A DNA stretch of 55,660 bases, counting the filler, from Candidatus Woesearchaeota archaeon (lineage in GTDB: Archaea > Nanobdellota > Nanobdellia > Woesearchaeales > GCA-2685855), in the NCBI GenBank assembly GCA_002685855.1. It is 4 parts of 4 records of this genome, joined end to end, with 100 filler letters (N's around TTAATTAATTAA, not from the genome) between each part and the next. Parts side by side here need not be neighbours in the genome. Positions count along the whole stretch, not along the records: positions 17,307 to 33,847 come from NYYS01000064.1; positions 33,948 to 46,959 come from NYYS01000065.1; 2 more parts are not named here. One strand, 5' to 3'. Positions 27,752-37,335 of the stretch are shown here, in pieces. Under the pieces are notes generated by a model that made no database searches, was not told the origin of the DNA, and worked only from the letters and a program-made list of their open reading frames with translations. The position numbers were made by a program, and so were the translations under genes. How positions within the stretch are numbered: the first letter of the stretch is position 1; the number at the start of each line of letters is the position of its first letter.

Positions 27752-29923
27752 ATGGCAAAGATGGTTGACAGGGTTATGGAAGCAATGCGTAATCCTAAGC
27801 AGATTAGAAATATCGCAATCGCAGCACACATTGATCATGGCAAGACAACATTCACAGACAATCTTCTCTCAGGAGCAGGAATGATGTCTGAAGAACTCGC
27901 AGGAAAAGCCTGCGCAATGGACTTTCACGACGATGAACAAGAACGTGGAATAACAATCGACAGCGCAGCTGTCTCAATGGTCCATAGTATAGAGGGAACA
28001 GAATACCTGATCAACCTCATCGACACACCCGGCCACGTCGACTTCGGAGGCGACGTCACCCGAGCAATGAGGGCCGTAGACGGATGCATCGTTCTTACCT
28101 GTGCTGTAGAAGGAATCATGCCACAAACAGAAACAGTACTACGACAGGCCCTAAAAGAACGCGTAAAGCCCATACTCTTCATAAACAAAGTAGACCGCCT
28201 CATCAAGGAACTCCAACTCACACCCGAAGCAATGCAGGAACGATTCATAGGAGCTATCAACAACGTCAACAAACTCATAGGACAGATCGCTGAAGAGGAA
28301 TTTAAAGAAAAATTCAAATTCAACGTACAGGATGGAGGAGTCTGCTTTGGTTCTGCATTCCATAACTGGGCACTTAGTATTCCCTACATGAAGAAAAAAG
28401 GAATAACCTTCAAAGACATCATAGAAGCCTACAACTCTGACACCTGGAAAGAGCTCAGAGATAAGGCACCTATACACGAAGTCATCCTAGACTCAGTCGT
28501 CAAACACCATCCAGACCCCATCACCTCACAAGCCTACAGAATCCCAAAAATATGGCACGGAGACATCGAAAGTCCAACAGGAAAATCCCTCATAAATTGC
28601 GATTCCAAGGGCCCACTCATGTTTGTTGTCACAAAAGTGGTTGTAGATCCGCAAGCCGGAGAGATCTCTGCAGGAAGGCTTTTCAGCGGAACAATGGTTA
28701 AAGGAACTCATGGATACCTTAACAAAGCGAAAACATCCACAAGAATCCAACAAATCTACATTTATAATGGATCAAAAAGAGAAATAGTAGACAACGTCCC
28801 TGCAGGAAATATCATAGGTGTTGGTGGACTCAAAGATGCCTATCCTGGAGAGACAGTTTCATTAGAAGAATGCGAGCCCTTTGAAGCTATAAGTCACATC
28901 TTTGAACCTGTAATGACAAAAGCACTCGAAGTAAAAAAGCCAGGAGACCTCCCAAAACTCATCGAAGTTCTCCACCAGGTCGGAAAAGAAGATCCATCCT
29001 TAAAGATTGAGATAAACCAGGAAACAGGAGAATACCTCATGCACGGAATGGGAGAACTCCACCTCGAAGTCATCGAAAACAGAATCGTCAGGGAAAAAAA
29101 GGTAGAAATTACATCCTCACCACCCATCGTAGTCTACAGAGAAACTATTGTCGGAAAAAATCCAACCTCTTCAGAAGGAAAATCTCCTAACAAACACAAT
29201 AAACTCTACTTCTATGTAGAGCCCTTGGAAGATGAGATGGCTCAGGCAATGAAAGAAGGAAAAATCCCTGAAGGAAGAGTAAAAAAGAAAGACTCATCCA
29301 TGTGGGAAGCACTCCAAGAAGGAGGTATGGATAATCCCACCTCGAAAAAAGTACGAGACGTCTTCAACGGCAACCTCCTCATAGACGGAACCCGCGGAAT
29401 CGTCCACATCGGCGAGATAATCGAGATGGTAATGGACATGTTCGAAGACGTCATGAAAAAAGGGCCTGTAGCAAACGAACCCTGCTTCAAAGTAAAAGTA
29501 ATCCTGGACGATGTCAAACTCCACGAAGACGCAATCCATCGTGGCCCTGCACAAATGTACCCTGCCATCAGAGAGGGTATCAGAGGTGCCATGAGAAACG
29601 CCAAACCCATGCTCTTTGAACCCTTGCAAACACTCCAGTTCGAAGCACCTGAAGAATATGTAGGAGAAATATCCAAAATGATCAGCAACAAGCGTGGTCA
29701 ACTCCAGGATATGCAGCAAGAAGGAGTACACGTCACAATAAAAGGAAAACTTCCGGTTGCCGAAATGTTCGGAATGGCCTCAGACCTCAGATCCGCCACA
29801 GGAGGAAGAGGAAGCAGCTTCGTCGTAGACCAAACCTTTGAACGACTTCCCGACGAACTCCAGCAGAAGATCGTCTCCCAGATCAGGAGCAGAAAAGGAC
29901 TCAAAGAAGAGTCTTCTTCTTAA
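27752..29923 (+). CDS. fusA: Elongation factor EF-2
   Basis: AHIDHGKTT, ERGITI, DTPGH, GELHLE; diphthamide loop HEDAIHRGPAQ. Confidence 0.98.
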   Translation: MAKMVDRVMEAMRNPKQIRNIAIAAHIDHGKTTFTDNLLSGAGMMSEELAGKACAMDFHDDEQERGITIDSAAVSMVHSIEGTEYLINLIDTPGHVDFGGDVTRAMRAVDGCIVLTCAVEGIMPQTETVLRQALKERVKPILFINKVDRLIKELQLTPEAMQERFIGAINNVNKLIGQIAEEEFKEKFKFNVQDGGVCFGSAFHNWALSIPYMKKKGITFKDIIEAYNSDTWKELRDKAPIHEVILDSVVKHHPDPITSQAYRIPKIWHGDIESPTGKSLINCDSKGPLMFVVTKVVVDPQAGEISAGRLFSGTMVKGTHGYLNKAKTSTRIQQIYIYNGSKREIVDNVPAGNIIGVGGLKDAYPGETVSLEECEPFEAISHIFEPVMTKALEVKKPGDLPKLIEVLHQVGKEDPSLKIEINQETGEYLMHGMGELHLEVIENRIVREKKVEITSSPPIVVYRETIVGKNPTSSEGKSPNKHNKLYFYVEPLEDEMAQAMKEGKIPEGRVKKKDSSMWEALQEGGMDNPTSKKVRDVFNGNLLIDGTRGIVHIGEIIEMVMDMFEDVMKKGPVANEPCFKVKVILDDVKLHEDAIHRGPAQMYPAIREGIRGAMRNAKPMLFEPLQTLQFEAPEEYVGEISKMISNKRGQLQDMQQEGVHVTIKGKLPVAEMFGMASDLRSATGGRGSSFVVDQTFERLPDELQQKIVSQIRSRKGLKEESSS

Positions 29924-30047
29924 TTCACCTTTTTCCTTCTTTTTTTGGTCCAAAATCACCCCTTCAGGCCAGATTCTAGAACAGAAACCTTTTTAAACAC
30001 TCTCTATTTCCCTGAACCTAAATAATATATGCTATGAGGAGGATAAA

Positions 30048-31343
30048 ATGGCACAAGGAAAGACACACATAAACCTCGTATTTATAGGTCATGTTGATCA
30101 CGGAAAGAGTACATCAGTAGGAAGATTAATGTTCGATTCAGGAAACATCGAAGAGCAAGAGATGCGAAAGCTCAAAGAAAAGGCCAAAGAGCTTGGAAAA
30201 TCAGGATTTGAATTCGCATTCGTCATGGACAATCTCAAAGAAGAGCGGGAAAGAGGAGTTACAATTGACCTTGCACACAAGAAGTTCGAAACAGACAAAT
30301 TCTACTTCACCATAATCGATGCCCCTGGGCACAAGGACTTTATCAAGAACATGATTACAGGAGCATCTCAGGCTGACGCAGCAGTACTTGTTGTAGCAGC
30401 AAACGATGGTGTCAATGCCCAAACAAAAGAGCACGTTTTCCTATCCAAAACCCTTGGTGTGGGACAGCTCATCGTCGCTGTAAACAAAATGGATATCTCA
30501 GGTGTTGACTACAAAGAGGAAAAATTCAATGCAGTCAAGGAAGAGGTCTCAAAGCTTCTCCAAACAGTCGGTTTCAAACCTGATGAAACCCCTTTCCTCG
30601 CAGTTGCAGCTCTCAAAGGAGACAACATTGCTAAAAAGTCAGAAAATATGCCTTGGTACTCCGGTCCAACACTCCTAGAAGCAATAGACAACCTTAAAGC
30701 TCCTGAAAAACCAACAAACCTTCCACTTAGACTTCCTATCCAGGACGTCTACAACATCACAGGTATTGGTGTTGTTCCTGTTGGAAGAGTTGAAACAGGT
30801 GTTGTTAAGCTCGGAGATAAGATCGTCGCTGTTCCTGGAAGAGAAGGAAAAGGAGTTCCAGGAGAAGTAAAAACAATCGAAATGCATCACGAACAGCTCC
30901 AGCAGGCAGAACCCGGAGACAATATCGGATTCAACGTACGAGGATTTGGAAAAAAGGATGTTGCCCGTGGTGACGTAATTGGTCATGCAGACAACGTTCC
31001 AACAGTTGCATCAGAGTTCACAGCACAACTCGTCGTCCTAAACCATCCATCTGTTATCACAGCTGGATACACGCCGGTCTTCCATATCCATACAGCGCAG
31101 ATTGCCTGTCAAGTAATGGCTATTGAGAAGAAGTTAAACCCTGCAACAGGAGAAGTCCTTGCTGAAAACCCTGACTTCATTAAGAACGGCGACGCAGCAA
31201 TCGTGAAACTCAAACCTGTACAGCCTTTGGTTATTGAAAAACAATCTGAAATTCCTCAGATGGCTCGATTCGCTATCAGAGATTCAGGAAAAACTGTTGC
31301 AGCAGGTATGTGCATCGACGTAGTAAAAAAACCTTTACAATAA
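30048..31343 (+). CDS. tuf: Elongation factor EF-1 alpha
   Basis: [38 protein letters not shown]. Confidence 0.98.
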   Translation: MAQGKTHINLVFIGHVDHGKSTSVGRLMFDSGNIEEQEMRKLKEKAKELGKSGFEFAFVMDNLKEERERGVTIDLAHKKFETDKFYFTIIDAPGHKDFIKNMITGASQADAAVLVVAANDGVNAQTKEHVFLSKTLGVGQLIVAVNKMDISGVDYKEEKFNAVKEEVSKLLQTVGFKPDETPFLAVAALKGDNIAKKSENMPWYSGPTLLEAIDNLKAPEKPTNLPLRLPIQDVYNITGIGVVPVGRVETGVVKLGDKIVAVPGREGKGVPGEVKTIEMHHEQLQQAEPGDNIGFNVRGFGKKDVARGDVIGHADNVPTVASEFTAQLVVLNHPSVITAGYTPVFHIHTAQIACQVMAIEKKLNPATGEVLAENPDFIKNGDAAIVKLKPVQPLVIEKQSEIPQMARFAIRDSGKTVAAGMCIDVVKKPLQ

Positions 31344-31413
31344 TTTTTTTATTTTTTTTAAATATTCATCACACCCATGACGAACCAACACTTTGTCATG
31401 AGAGAACCGTAAA

Positions 31414-31725
31414 ATGCAAAAAGCAAGAATTAAGTTAGCAAGTGTGGATATTGACAAGGTCAATAAAACCTGTGACTATATTAAAGGTATTTCTGAAAAA
31501 ACGGGCGTGATGATGAGGGGTCCTATTCCTCTTCCCACAAAGAAGTTGAGAATAACCTCTAGAAAAAGCCCTTGTGGGGACGGCAGTGCAACCTGGGACC
31601 GCTATGAGATGCGTGTCTATAAACGCCTTATAGACCTTGGCATCGACGAACGAGCCCTCAGACTCGTCATGCGTGTTCCAATCCCAGAAGGACTCAATAT
31701 TGAGATTGAGATGATTGATTCTTGA
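31414..31725 (+). CDS. rps10: 30S ribosomal protein S10
   Basis: [27 protein letters not shown]. Confidence 0.97.
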   Translation: MQKARIKLASVDIDKVNKTCDYIKGISEKTGVMMRGPIPLPTKKLRITSRKSPCGDGSATWDRYEMRVYKRLIDLGIDERALRLVMRVPIPEGLNIEIEMIDS

Positions 31726-31796
31726 GTTCTGAGTGACCAGGAAATCAAAAAGATTTCCGCTGCCAGAAGGACTCAATATTGAGATGATTGATTCTT
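31684..31796 (+). repeat. Direct repeat of the rps10 3' end (31684-31723 and 31763-31796)
   Basis: CCAGAAGGACTCAATATTGAG(ATTGAG)ATGATTGATTCTT occurs twice; the second copy lacks one 6-nt unit. Confidence 0.9.
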
Positions 31797-31825
31797 AAAT
31801 AATCCTCTACTTCTAATAAAGAACT

Positions 31826-32572
31826 CTATAAATACACAAGTCCCAACATTACTCCAACACCCAACAAAAAGATCAAGAACTGAATAAAGGACTTACTTGC
31901 CTTCACCTCCTTATGTAATTCTGGAATAAGATCAGACCCAGCAATATAGATAAAGCTACCTGCAGCAAAAGGAAGAAGAAACCCTGTCAGTCCCTCTACC
32001 ACACTACCAAGAAGCAAAGCAATAATCGCTCCCAACACTGCAAAAAGCGCTATCAAGAAATTAAAAAATAATGCCTTATTCCGGGAAAACCCGCCATGCA
32101 GCAAAACCCCCAAATCACCTATCTCCTGAGGAATCTCATGCAAAACAATTGCAACCGTAGTCGCAATCCCGATCGGGATGCTGGCAAGATAGCTTGCCCC
32201 AATAATCAATCCATCAATAAAGTTATGAACCCCATCCCCGACAAGATTCATCAATGCATAAGGGTGCACATGCTCCTCTGTTGAACTAAGATGACAGTGT
32301 CTCCATCGAATCACCTTCTCAATAAAGAAGGAAAAGGCAATACCTAGAAGCACATACAAGGATAGAGAGAGCCGAAATCCAGATTCCCCGACTGCTTCAG
32401 GAAGCAAATGAATAAAGGCATCTCCAAACAATCCTCCAGCCGAAAAACTCACAAGATAGAGCAGAACCTTCCTTAACAGCTTCCGTTGCATAGAAAAGGC
32501 AAGCAAACCAAGAAAAGAGAGCAGACTAATAATAACAACACTCACCAACGCAAATGCCCATAAATGTGCCAT
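31826..32572 (-). CDS. ZIP family metal transporter
   Basis: HNFIDG, HEIPQEIGD, GSFIYIA; multi-TM. Confidence 0.93.
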   Translation of the reverse strand: MAHLWAFALVSVVIISLLSFLGLLAFSMQRKLLRKVLLYLVSFSAGGLFGDAFIHLLPEAVGESGFRLSLSLYVLLGIAFSFFIEKVIRWRHCHLSSTEEHVHPYALMNLVGDGVHNFIDGLIIGASYLASIPIGIATTVAIVLHEIPQEIGDLGVLLHGGFSRNKALFFNFLIALFAVLGAIIALLLGSVVEGLTGFLLPFAAGSFIYIAGSDLIPELHKEVKASKSFIQFLIFLLGVGVMLGLVYL

Positions 32573-32666
32573 CTAGCTTAAAAAACAGATTCCTATTTAA
32601 ATATTCCTCCTGTTATTGGTTACCGATAAAGGTAACCTTTTTAAATATCAAAATATTCTATCCTCT

Positions 32667-33170
32667 ATGACACGAGAAAAAATACTCAATTATCTAAACT
32701 CTGTAAAACAAGGGGCAACATCAACCGAGATCTCAAAGGAAGTGGAAAAAGAGCGGCACACCGTAGCCAAATACCTGGAATCTTTAAAAGCAGAAAACCT
32801 GATCGATTTCAGACAGGTAGGGATGGCAAAACTCTGGTATATTCCTGAAGTCCAGATCCTAAACCTTCTAAACAAGAATGAAGAACTCAGCAACAGCCTA
32901 AAACAGATCTTTACTGCACTAGGAGACAAAGTGGCCATCATTAGCAAGGACAGAAAGATCGTGTGGACATCCAACGAAGAAGACATAGGAAAACCCTGCT
33001 ATAAAGTTCTCAGAAATGTAGACGAACAATGTGAAGACTGTAGTACTACAAAATTATTTCTCGAAGGAAAAACCATACTTAAACAAAATAATGACGATAA
33101 GGTCATGCTCTACCCTATCAAAACAAAAGAAGGAGCAACTATTGCATCCATGGAAGTCATTCGAACATAA
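32667..33170 (+). CDS. wHTH + PAS-like transcriptional regulator with Cys motif
   Basis: N-terminal HTH (STEISKEVEKERHTVAKYLESL..GMAKLWY); C-terminal PAS-like region GKPCYKVLRNVDEQCEDC. Confidence 0.8.
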   Translation: MTREKILNYLNSVKQGATSTEISKEVEKERHTVAKYLESLKAENLIDFRQVGMAKLWYIPEVQILNLLNKNEELSNSLKQIFTALGDKVAIISKDRKIVWTSNEEDIGKPCYKVLRNVDEQCEDCSTTKLFLEGKTILKQNNDDKVMLYPIKTKEGATIASMEVIRT

Positions 33171-33171
33171 A

Positions 33172-33847
33172 ATGTCTGAAACAGCAATTCTAAAAACTGA
33201 GAATAAACAGTCCCTAAAAGACTTCTCAATAGACCGCACCCGCTACGACATAGCTAACAAGGACAATTCAAAACTTGTTTTACCCCCAGGAATCAACGAA
33301 CAACTCGTTCGTACAATTTCAACACAAAAAAAAGAGCCCGAATGGATGCTTCAAAAACGTCTACAAGCACTCAAACTATTTCAGCAAACACCCCTACCAA
33401 ACTGGGGACCCGACCTCTCAGAACTCAACCTTCACGAAATAGTATATTATGTCCGTCCAGACGCAGAACAATCAAACACCTGGGAAGAGGTCCCAGAAGA
33501 TATCAGACAAACATTTGAACGCATAGGAATCCCCGAAGCAGAACAAAAAGCCCTCTCAGGAGTAGGCGCACAATACGACTCAGACATCATCTACCACAAC
33601 CTCAAAAAAAAATGGGAGGAAAAGGGTGTAATCTTTCTCAACATGGACCAGGCAGTAAAAAAACACCCTGAACTCGTAAAAAAATTCTTCATGACACAAT
33701 GCATACCTATTAACGATCACAAATTCATCATGCTTCACGCAGCAGTCTGGAGCGGAGGAACATTCATCTACGTCCCTCCCAACGTCAAAGTAGAAATTCC
33801 ACTCCAAGCCTACTTTCGAATGAACAAAGAACGAGGCGGACAATTCG
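33172..33847 (+). CDS. sufB: Fe-S cluster assembly protein SufB, truncated at contig end
   Basis: EPEWML, WGPDLS, WEEVPEDI..TFERIGIPEAEQ, AQYDS, AVWSGGTFIYVP, PLQAYFR. Confidence 0.95.
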
Positions 33848-33947
33848 NNNNNNNNNNNNNNNNNNNNNNNNNNNNNNNNNNNNNNNNNNNNTTAATTAAT
33901 TAANNNNNNNNNNNNNNNNNNNNNNNNNNNNNNNNNNNNNNNNNNNN
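33848..33947. other. Artificial contig linker
   Basis: N44-TTAATTAATTAA-N44. Confidence 0.99.
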
Positions 33948-33948
33948 C

Positions 33949-34236
33949 GCTAACAAAATGATCTCTCATAGTCAGATTCTTTTTGCTTCGCTGGCACGAA
34001 GTGCAAAGAATATTGAATTTCCTCATGAGGATGTTGAAGAACCCACTATTTTTTTGGGTCCTCTTATTAATCCTGCATTAGAGGAGATCGAAACAGAATT
34101 GGAGAGTTTAGAGATCTATTATTTAAAGTTGCTGAGAAAGGCGAAGAGTGCTGAGGATAAGAATAAGCTGGATTCTGTAAAGAAAACAATAGGTTTGATA
34201 CGAAAGAAGATAAAAGAAAAGAAAAAGAAAGAATGA
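33949..34236 (+). CDS. Hypothetical protein, probably 5'-truncated
   Basis: Open from the contig edge; helical, K-rich C-terminus. Confidence 0.5.
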   Translation, partial: ANKMISHSQILFASLARSAKNIEFPHEDVEEPTIFLGPLINPALEEIETELESLEIYYLKLLRKAKSAEDKNKLDSVKKTIGLIRKKIKEKKKKE

Positions 34237-34243
34237 AAAGGAC

Positions 34244-34414
34244 TTATAAATCCTTTGCCATCACTGTTTTTCTATTATTTGCTGCTGCTCTTTCGACTGC
34301 ATCTTTTACTAGACCTTTTACTTTTGCATCGAGTGCGTCAGCGAAATCACCAGCGATATTATATCCTTTTGCTAAATCTTTCAACTTTGCTTTCACTACA
34401 ATCATGTCAGACAT
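34244..34414 (-). CDS. Short histone-fold protein (DUF1931 / alpha3-truncated, face-to-face type), 56 aa
   Basis: Hand translation: MSDMIVVKAKLKDLAKGYNIAGDFADALDAKVKGLVKDAVERAAANNRKTVMAKDL*. RKTxxxxD histone motif and GAGGTG RBS. Below the ORF-track cutoff. Confidence 0.9.
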   Translation of the reverse strand: MSDMIVVKAKLKDLAKGYNIAGDFADALDAKVKGLVKDAVERAAANNRKTVMAKDL

Positions 34415-34543
34415 TTTCGTCACACCTCACAAGTTTTTTTTCTGTTTAAGGATCAAATTTTCCTCTTAGAGGGGCTAAAAGGCTTAAATTTATAAAAGTT
34501 GTGGTTTCTGAGCCCTGTAGTTGTTTACAAGTGGTACCATATT

Positions 34544-35419
34544 TTACTGTTCGTTGAGTTCTTTAAGGGCCTGTTTGCAGAAGCTTGTTGCGGCATCAAT
34601 ATAGTTTTTTACAGGGTCTTTATCGTTTTTTAGGAGTACGTCGATAACCTTGTCTGAACCATCTTCATCTCGTTCCAGTTTTTTAAGTCCTGCTGTTGAT
34701 TTGAAGACTGCTGATTCAGGAAGATCGTAGAGGGCGAGTTTGGATAGGAGGAGATCCAGAATCTTTTTTATGTGGTCTTTTACCTCTTCTATGTTCTGAT
34801 CTTTGAGTTCGTTAAATGCGTTGTAAAGGACGGGATCGATTCGTAGGGTTCTTCTCATCTCCTCTGTTCCGCCGTGTGCTTTTCCGTAGACTCTTCCGAT
34901 GACAAAGTTGATTGCTTTACATCTGTCTTCAATTGAGTGAACGACTTCGATGATCTCCTCTTTTTTTTCTGGTTGTGGTTCTTGGTTTTTAGTTTTAACA
35001 GATATCATCTCTGATTTTGGTTTGATGATTCCTTTTTGTGCGATCTGTTTACCAAGTCCAAGAAAGGAGAGGTAGAGTGAACAGAGGATGATGTTTAGTC
35101 CAAAGAGGAGTGGGAAGTCTACGGTTGAGCTGAGGATCTGCATGTAGCCCATGATGTAGAAGATAATGAGTAAAAATATGGCGATGATCCAGTTGTAATA
35201 GAGGTGATAGAACTGTTTGTCGATGAGTGCCATGACGATGATGATGAGGAGAAAGGTAGGAAGAAAGGAGAGTGACACTGTTTGAAGGGATGCTTTTGCA
35301 GAGAATGCGACCCAGAATATGAAGATGATCATGATGAGGAAGAAGAGGAGTGAAACGATTCTGTAGTAGCCTTCTTCTATGTCATGAAGGCGAACTTTTA
35401 CTTCCTCTGAGATCTGCAT
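34544..35419 (-). CDS. Hypothetical membrane protein (4 TM + cytoplasmic domain)
   Basis: Hydrophobic N-terminal half; SIEDRCKAINFVIGRVY soluble domain. Confidence 0.75.
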   Translation of the reverse strand: MQISEEVKVRLHDIEEGYYRIVSLLFFLIMIIFIFWVAFSAKASLQTVSLSFLPTFLLIIIVMALIDKQFYHLYYNWIIAIFLLIIFYIMGYMQILSSTVDFPLLFGLNIILCSLYLSFLGLGKQIAQKGIIKPKSEMISVKTKNQEPQPEKKEEIIEVVHSIEDRCKAINFVIGRVYGKAHGGTEEMRRTLRIDPVLYNAFNELKDQNIEEVKDHIKKILDLLLSKLALYDLPESAVFKSTAGLKKLERDEDGSDKVIDVLLKNDKDPVKNYIDAATSFCKQALKELNEQ

Positions 35420-35538
35420 GGGTTTTTTTGCTTCTGAGAATTTATAAATGTTGTGTTCGGGATTGAACAGGATTATTTGCAGAAAGGGGTGTTTTAAGGG
35501 GGAAGGTTTAAAAAATGGATCTGTTCTCTTTGGGGTGT

Positions 35539-35707
35539 GGGCTGGTAGCTCAGTTCGGCAGAGTGTTCCGTTCGCAACGGAAAAGCCCCGGGTTCAAAGG
35601 AGGTCTTTCAAAGACCTCGGAGAAGGAGACTTCCTGGACGTTCACTTCGTGAAGTCCAGTAGGCTACTTACAAATGAAAGATCTATCTGAAAGTCCCGGC
35701 CAGTCCA
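35539..35707 (+). tRNA. tRNA-Ala(CGC) with 95-nt T-loop intron (35599-35693, position 59/60)
   Basis: Acceptor GGGCTGG/CCAGTCC with G3:U70; anticodon loop TTCGCAA. BHB motif: TTCA/TGAA helix with bulges AA|G and AG|T; splicing restores T-loop TTCAAAT. TATA box about 25 nt upstream. Confidence 0.92.
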
Positions 35708-35754
35708 TACTTTATATCTCAGAAAAATTTGAGAAGTAGAGTCCAACTCGTTGT

Positions 35755-36333
35755 TTAACTTGGGGGATACATCTCCACATAGGGAGTCAGAATATCTAAA
35801 GGAATATCTAAGGGACCTTCTGTGTTTACTGCTAAAACGATATTAAATTTGTTGCTTATCCAACCAATACCACCACTTCCAGATTGAAACTCAAATTCAC
35901 CAAAACTGTATGTTGATTCATCAAGCCATTGTTTTTGTACTTTATCAAATACCTCTTGTGAAGTTTTCTCATCCTCATATTCCATGACAACGATCTGGAT
36001 TATTAGATCTTCTTTTTTATACCTTATAGGTCCAAGTCGGGTCATAAGATCCTGATCGCCTCCATCACCTAAATCCCAAAAGACGTCATCTGAATAAAGT
36101 TCTAAACTGTATCCTCCTAGGTTTTCCTGAATGATGAGACTGTTATCTATTTTTTGTTCAACCGGAATGGGCTCTTCGGTTTGTGTGGTCTCTTTTATGA
36201 CATCGTTATCTAATGATTCTTGCTCTTCAAAGGCTTCAAGATTGAGATCTTTATCTTCCTGCTCAAGAGTGCATCCTACAAATAGAAAAAGTGAAAACAG
36301 CAGACACACGAAAAATAGGGGAAATATTTTCAT
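35755..36333 (-). CDS. Putative lipoprotein
   Basis: Signal peptide with lipobox-like FVGC; acidic mature region. Confidence 0.7.
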   Translation of the reverse strand: MKIFPLFFVCLLFSLFLFVGCTLEQEDKDLNLEAFEEQESLDNDVIKETTQTEEPIPVEQKIDNSLIIQENLGGYSLELYSDDVFWDLGDGGDQDLMTRLGPIRYKKEDLIIQIVVMEYEDEKTSQEVFDKVQKQWLDESTYSFGEFEFQSGSGGIGWISNKFNIVLAVNTEGPLDIPLDILTPYVEMYPPS

Positions 36334-36524
36334 AGTGAAAGATCTGATTTATAATTTATAAACTTTCTGCATTTAAGATCTTTTGAACTTGTATGTCTTC
36401 AGCATATTAAGGGATGCTCACATTTTATTGGCACCTATTGATAATATCGGCATATCTTTATTTTCAAGATAGTCTATGATTCCCCGCAAGCTATATAAAC
36501 CTCTTGTTGCTCCACAGATTATAT

Positions 36525-36642
36525 GGGCTGGTAGCTCAGCCTGGACCATGAATAGCATGGAGGCAATAGAGTGCTTGGTTGGCAAACGAATTTCCCATTC
36601 GGCAGATTCAAGATGCCCCGGGTTCAAATCCCGGCCAGTCCA
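36525..36642 (+). tRNA. tRNA-Ala(GGC) with two introns (D-loop 36545-36566; anticodon loop ~36585-36607)
   Basis: G3:U70. D-loop BHB GCCT/AGGC with CCATG/CATGG hairpin restores AGCCTGGTA. A 22-nt insert after TTGGCA(A) contains a CGAAT/ATTCG hairpin; the 37/38 versus 38/39 site is ambiguous. Confidence 0.9.
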
Positions 36643-36699
36643 TATTTTTAAAAAAACATATAAAGAATGTTATGTTTCGGGGATAATTCGGTGTGAAGA

Positions 36700-37335
36700 A
36701 TGGTAAAAGCTATACTTTTTGATTTCTGGGGAACGATTGTAGAGAATGGTGTATTTCCGAGTCCGAGTCGGCAGGTGCAGGAGATACTGAGGTTAAATGT
36801 TCCGTTTCCTGAGTTTGTTCATCGGTTTGAGGAAGCGTTTATGACAAAGGAGTTTGATAGTTTACAGGATGCGTTTTCTGCAGTGTTTTCTGGGTTTGAG
36901 ATTAAAGAAAACAAGGTGGAGATGGAGGAGTTGATTGGATTGTGGAATAAGAATAAACTGTTGGCAAAGCCGTTTCAGGAAAGTGTTGGGGTGTTGGAAG
37001 AGTTGTCTAAATCGTATAAACTGTTTTTGGTTGCTAATTCAAATAAAGGTGTTGTTGACGAAGTTGTAGATAAGTATGATTTGCGGAAGTATTTTACAGA
37101 TGTGTTTCTGAGTTGTGAACTTGGTTTTTTGAAAACCGATCCTGAATTTTTTTCTGCTGTTTTGGAAAAGCATGGTTTGAAAAAGGAGGATTGTTTGATG
37201 GTTGGAGATAGTCTTCAGTCGGATGTTGAGGCGGCGGGAAATGTTGGTATTGCTGCGGTGTTGGTTGACCGAAGGGATCGGAGAAGTTATGAGCGAAAAA
37301 TTATTACGTTGGATGGAGTGAAGAGGTGGTTGTAA
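36700..37335 (+). CDS. HAD family hydrolase
   Basis: FDFWGT, NS, LKTDP, MVGDSLQSDV. Confidence 0.9.
   Translation: MVKAILFDFWGTIVENGVFPSPSRQVQEILRLNVPFPEFVHRFEEAFMTKEFDSLQDAFSAVFSGFEIKENKVEMEELIGLWNKNKLLAKPFQESVGVLEELSKSYKLFLVANSNKGVVDEVVDKYDLRKYFTDVFLSCELGFLKTDPEFFSAVLEKHGLKKEDCLMVGDSLQSDVEAAGNVGIAAVLVDRRDRRSYERKIITLDGVKRWL

Noticed and set aside
33031..33171. N-terminal extension of SufB given by the ORF track
   Set aside because: It overlaps the upstream regulator. ATG 33172 directly after the regulator stop is the more plausible start.
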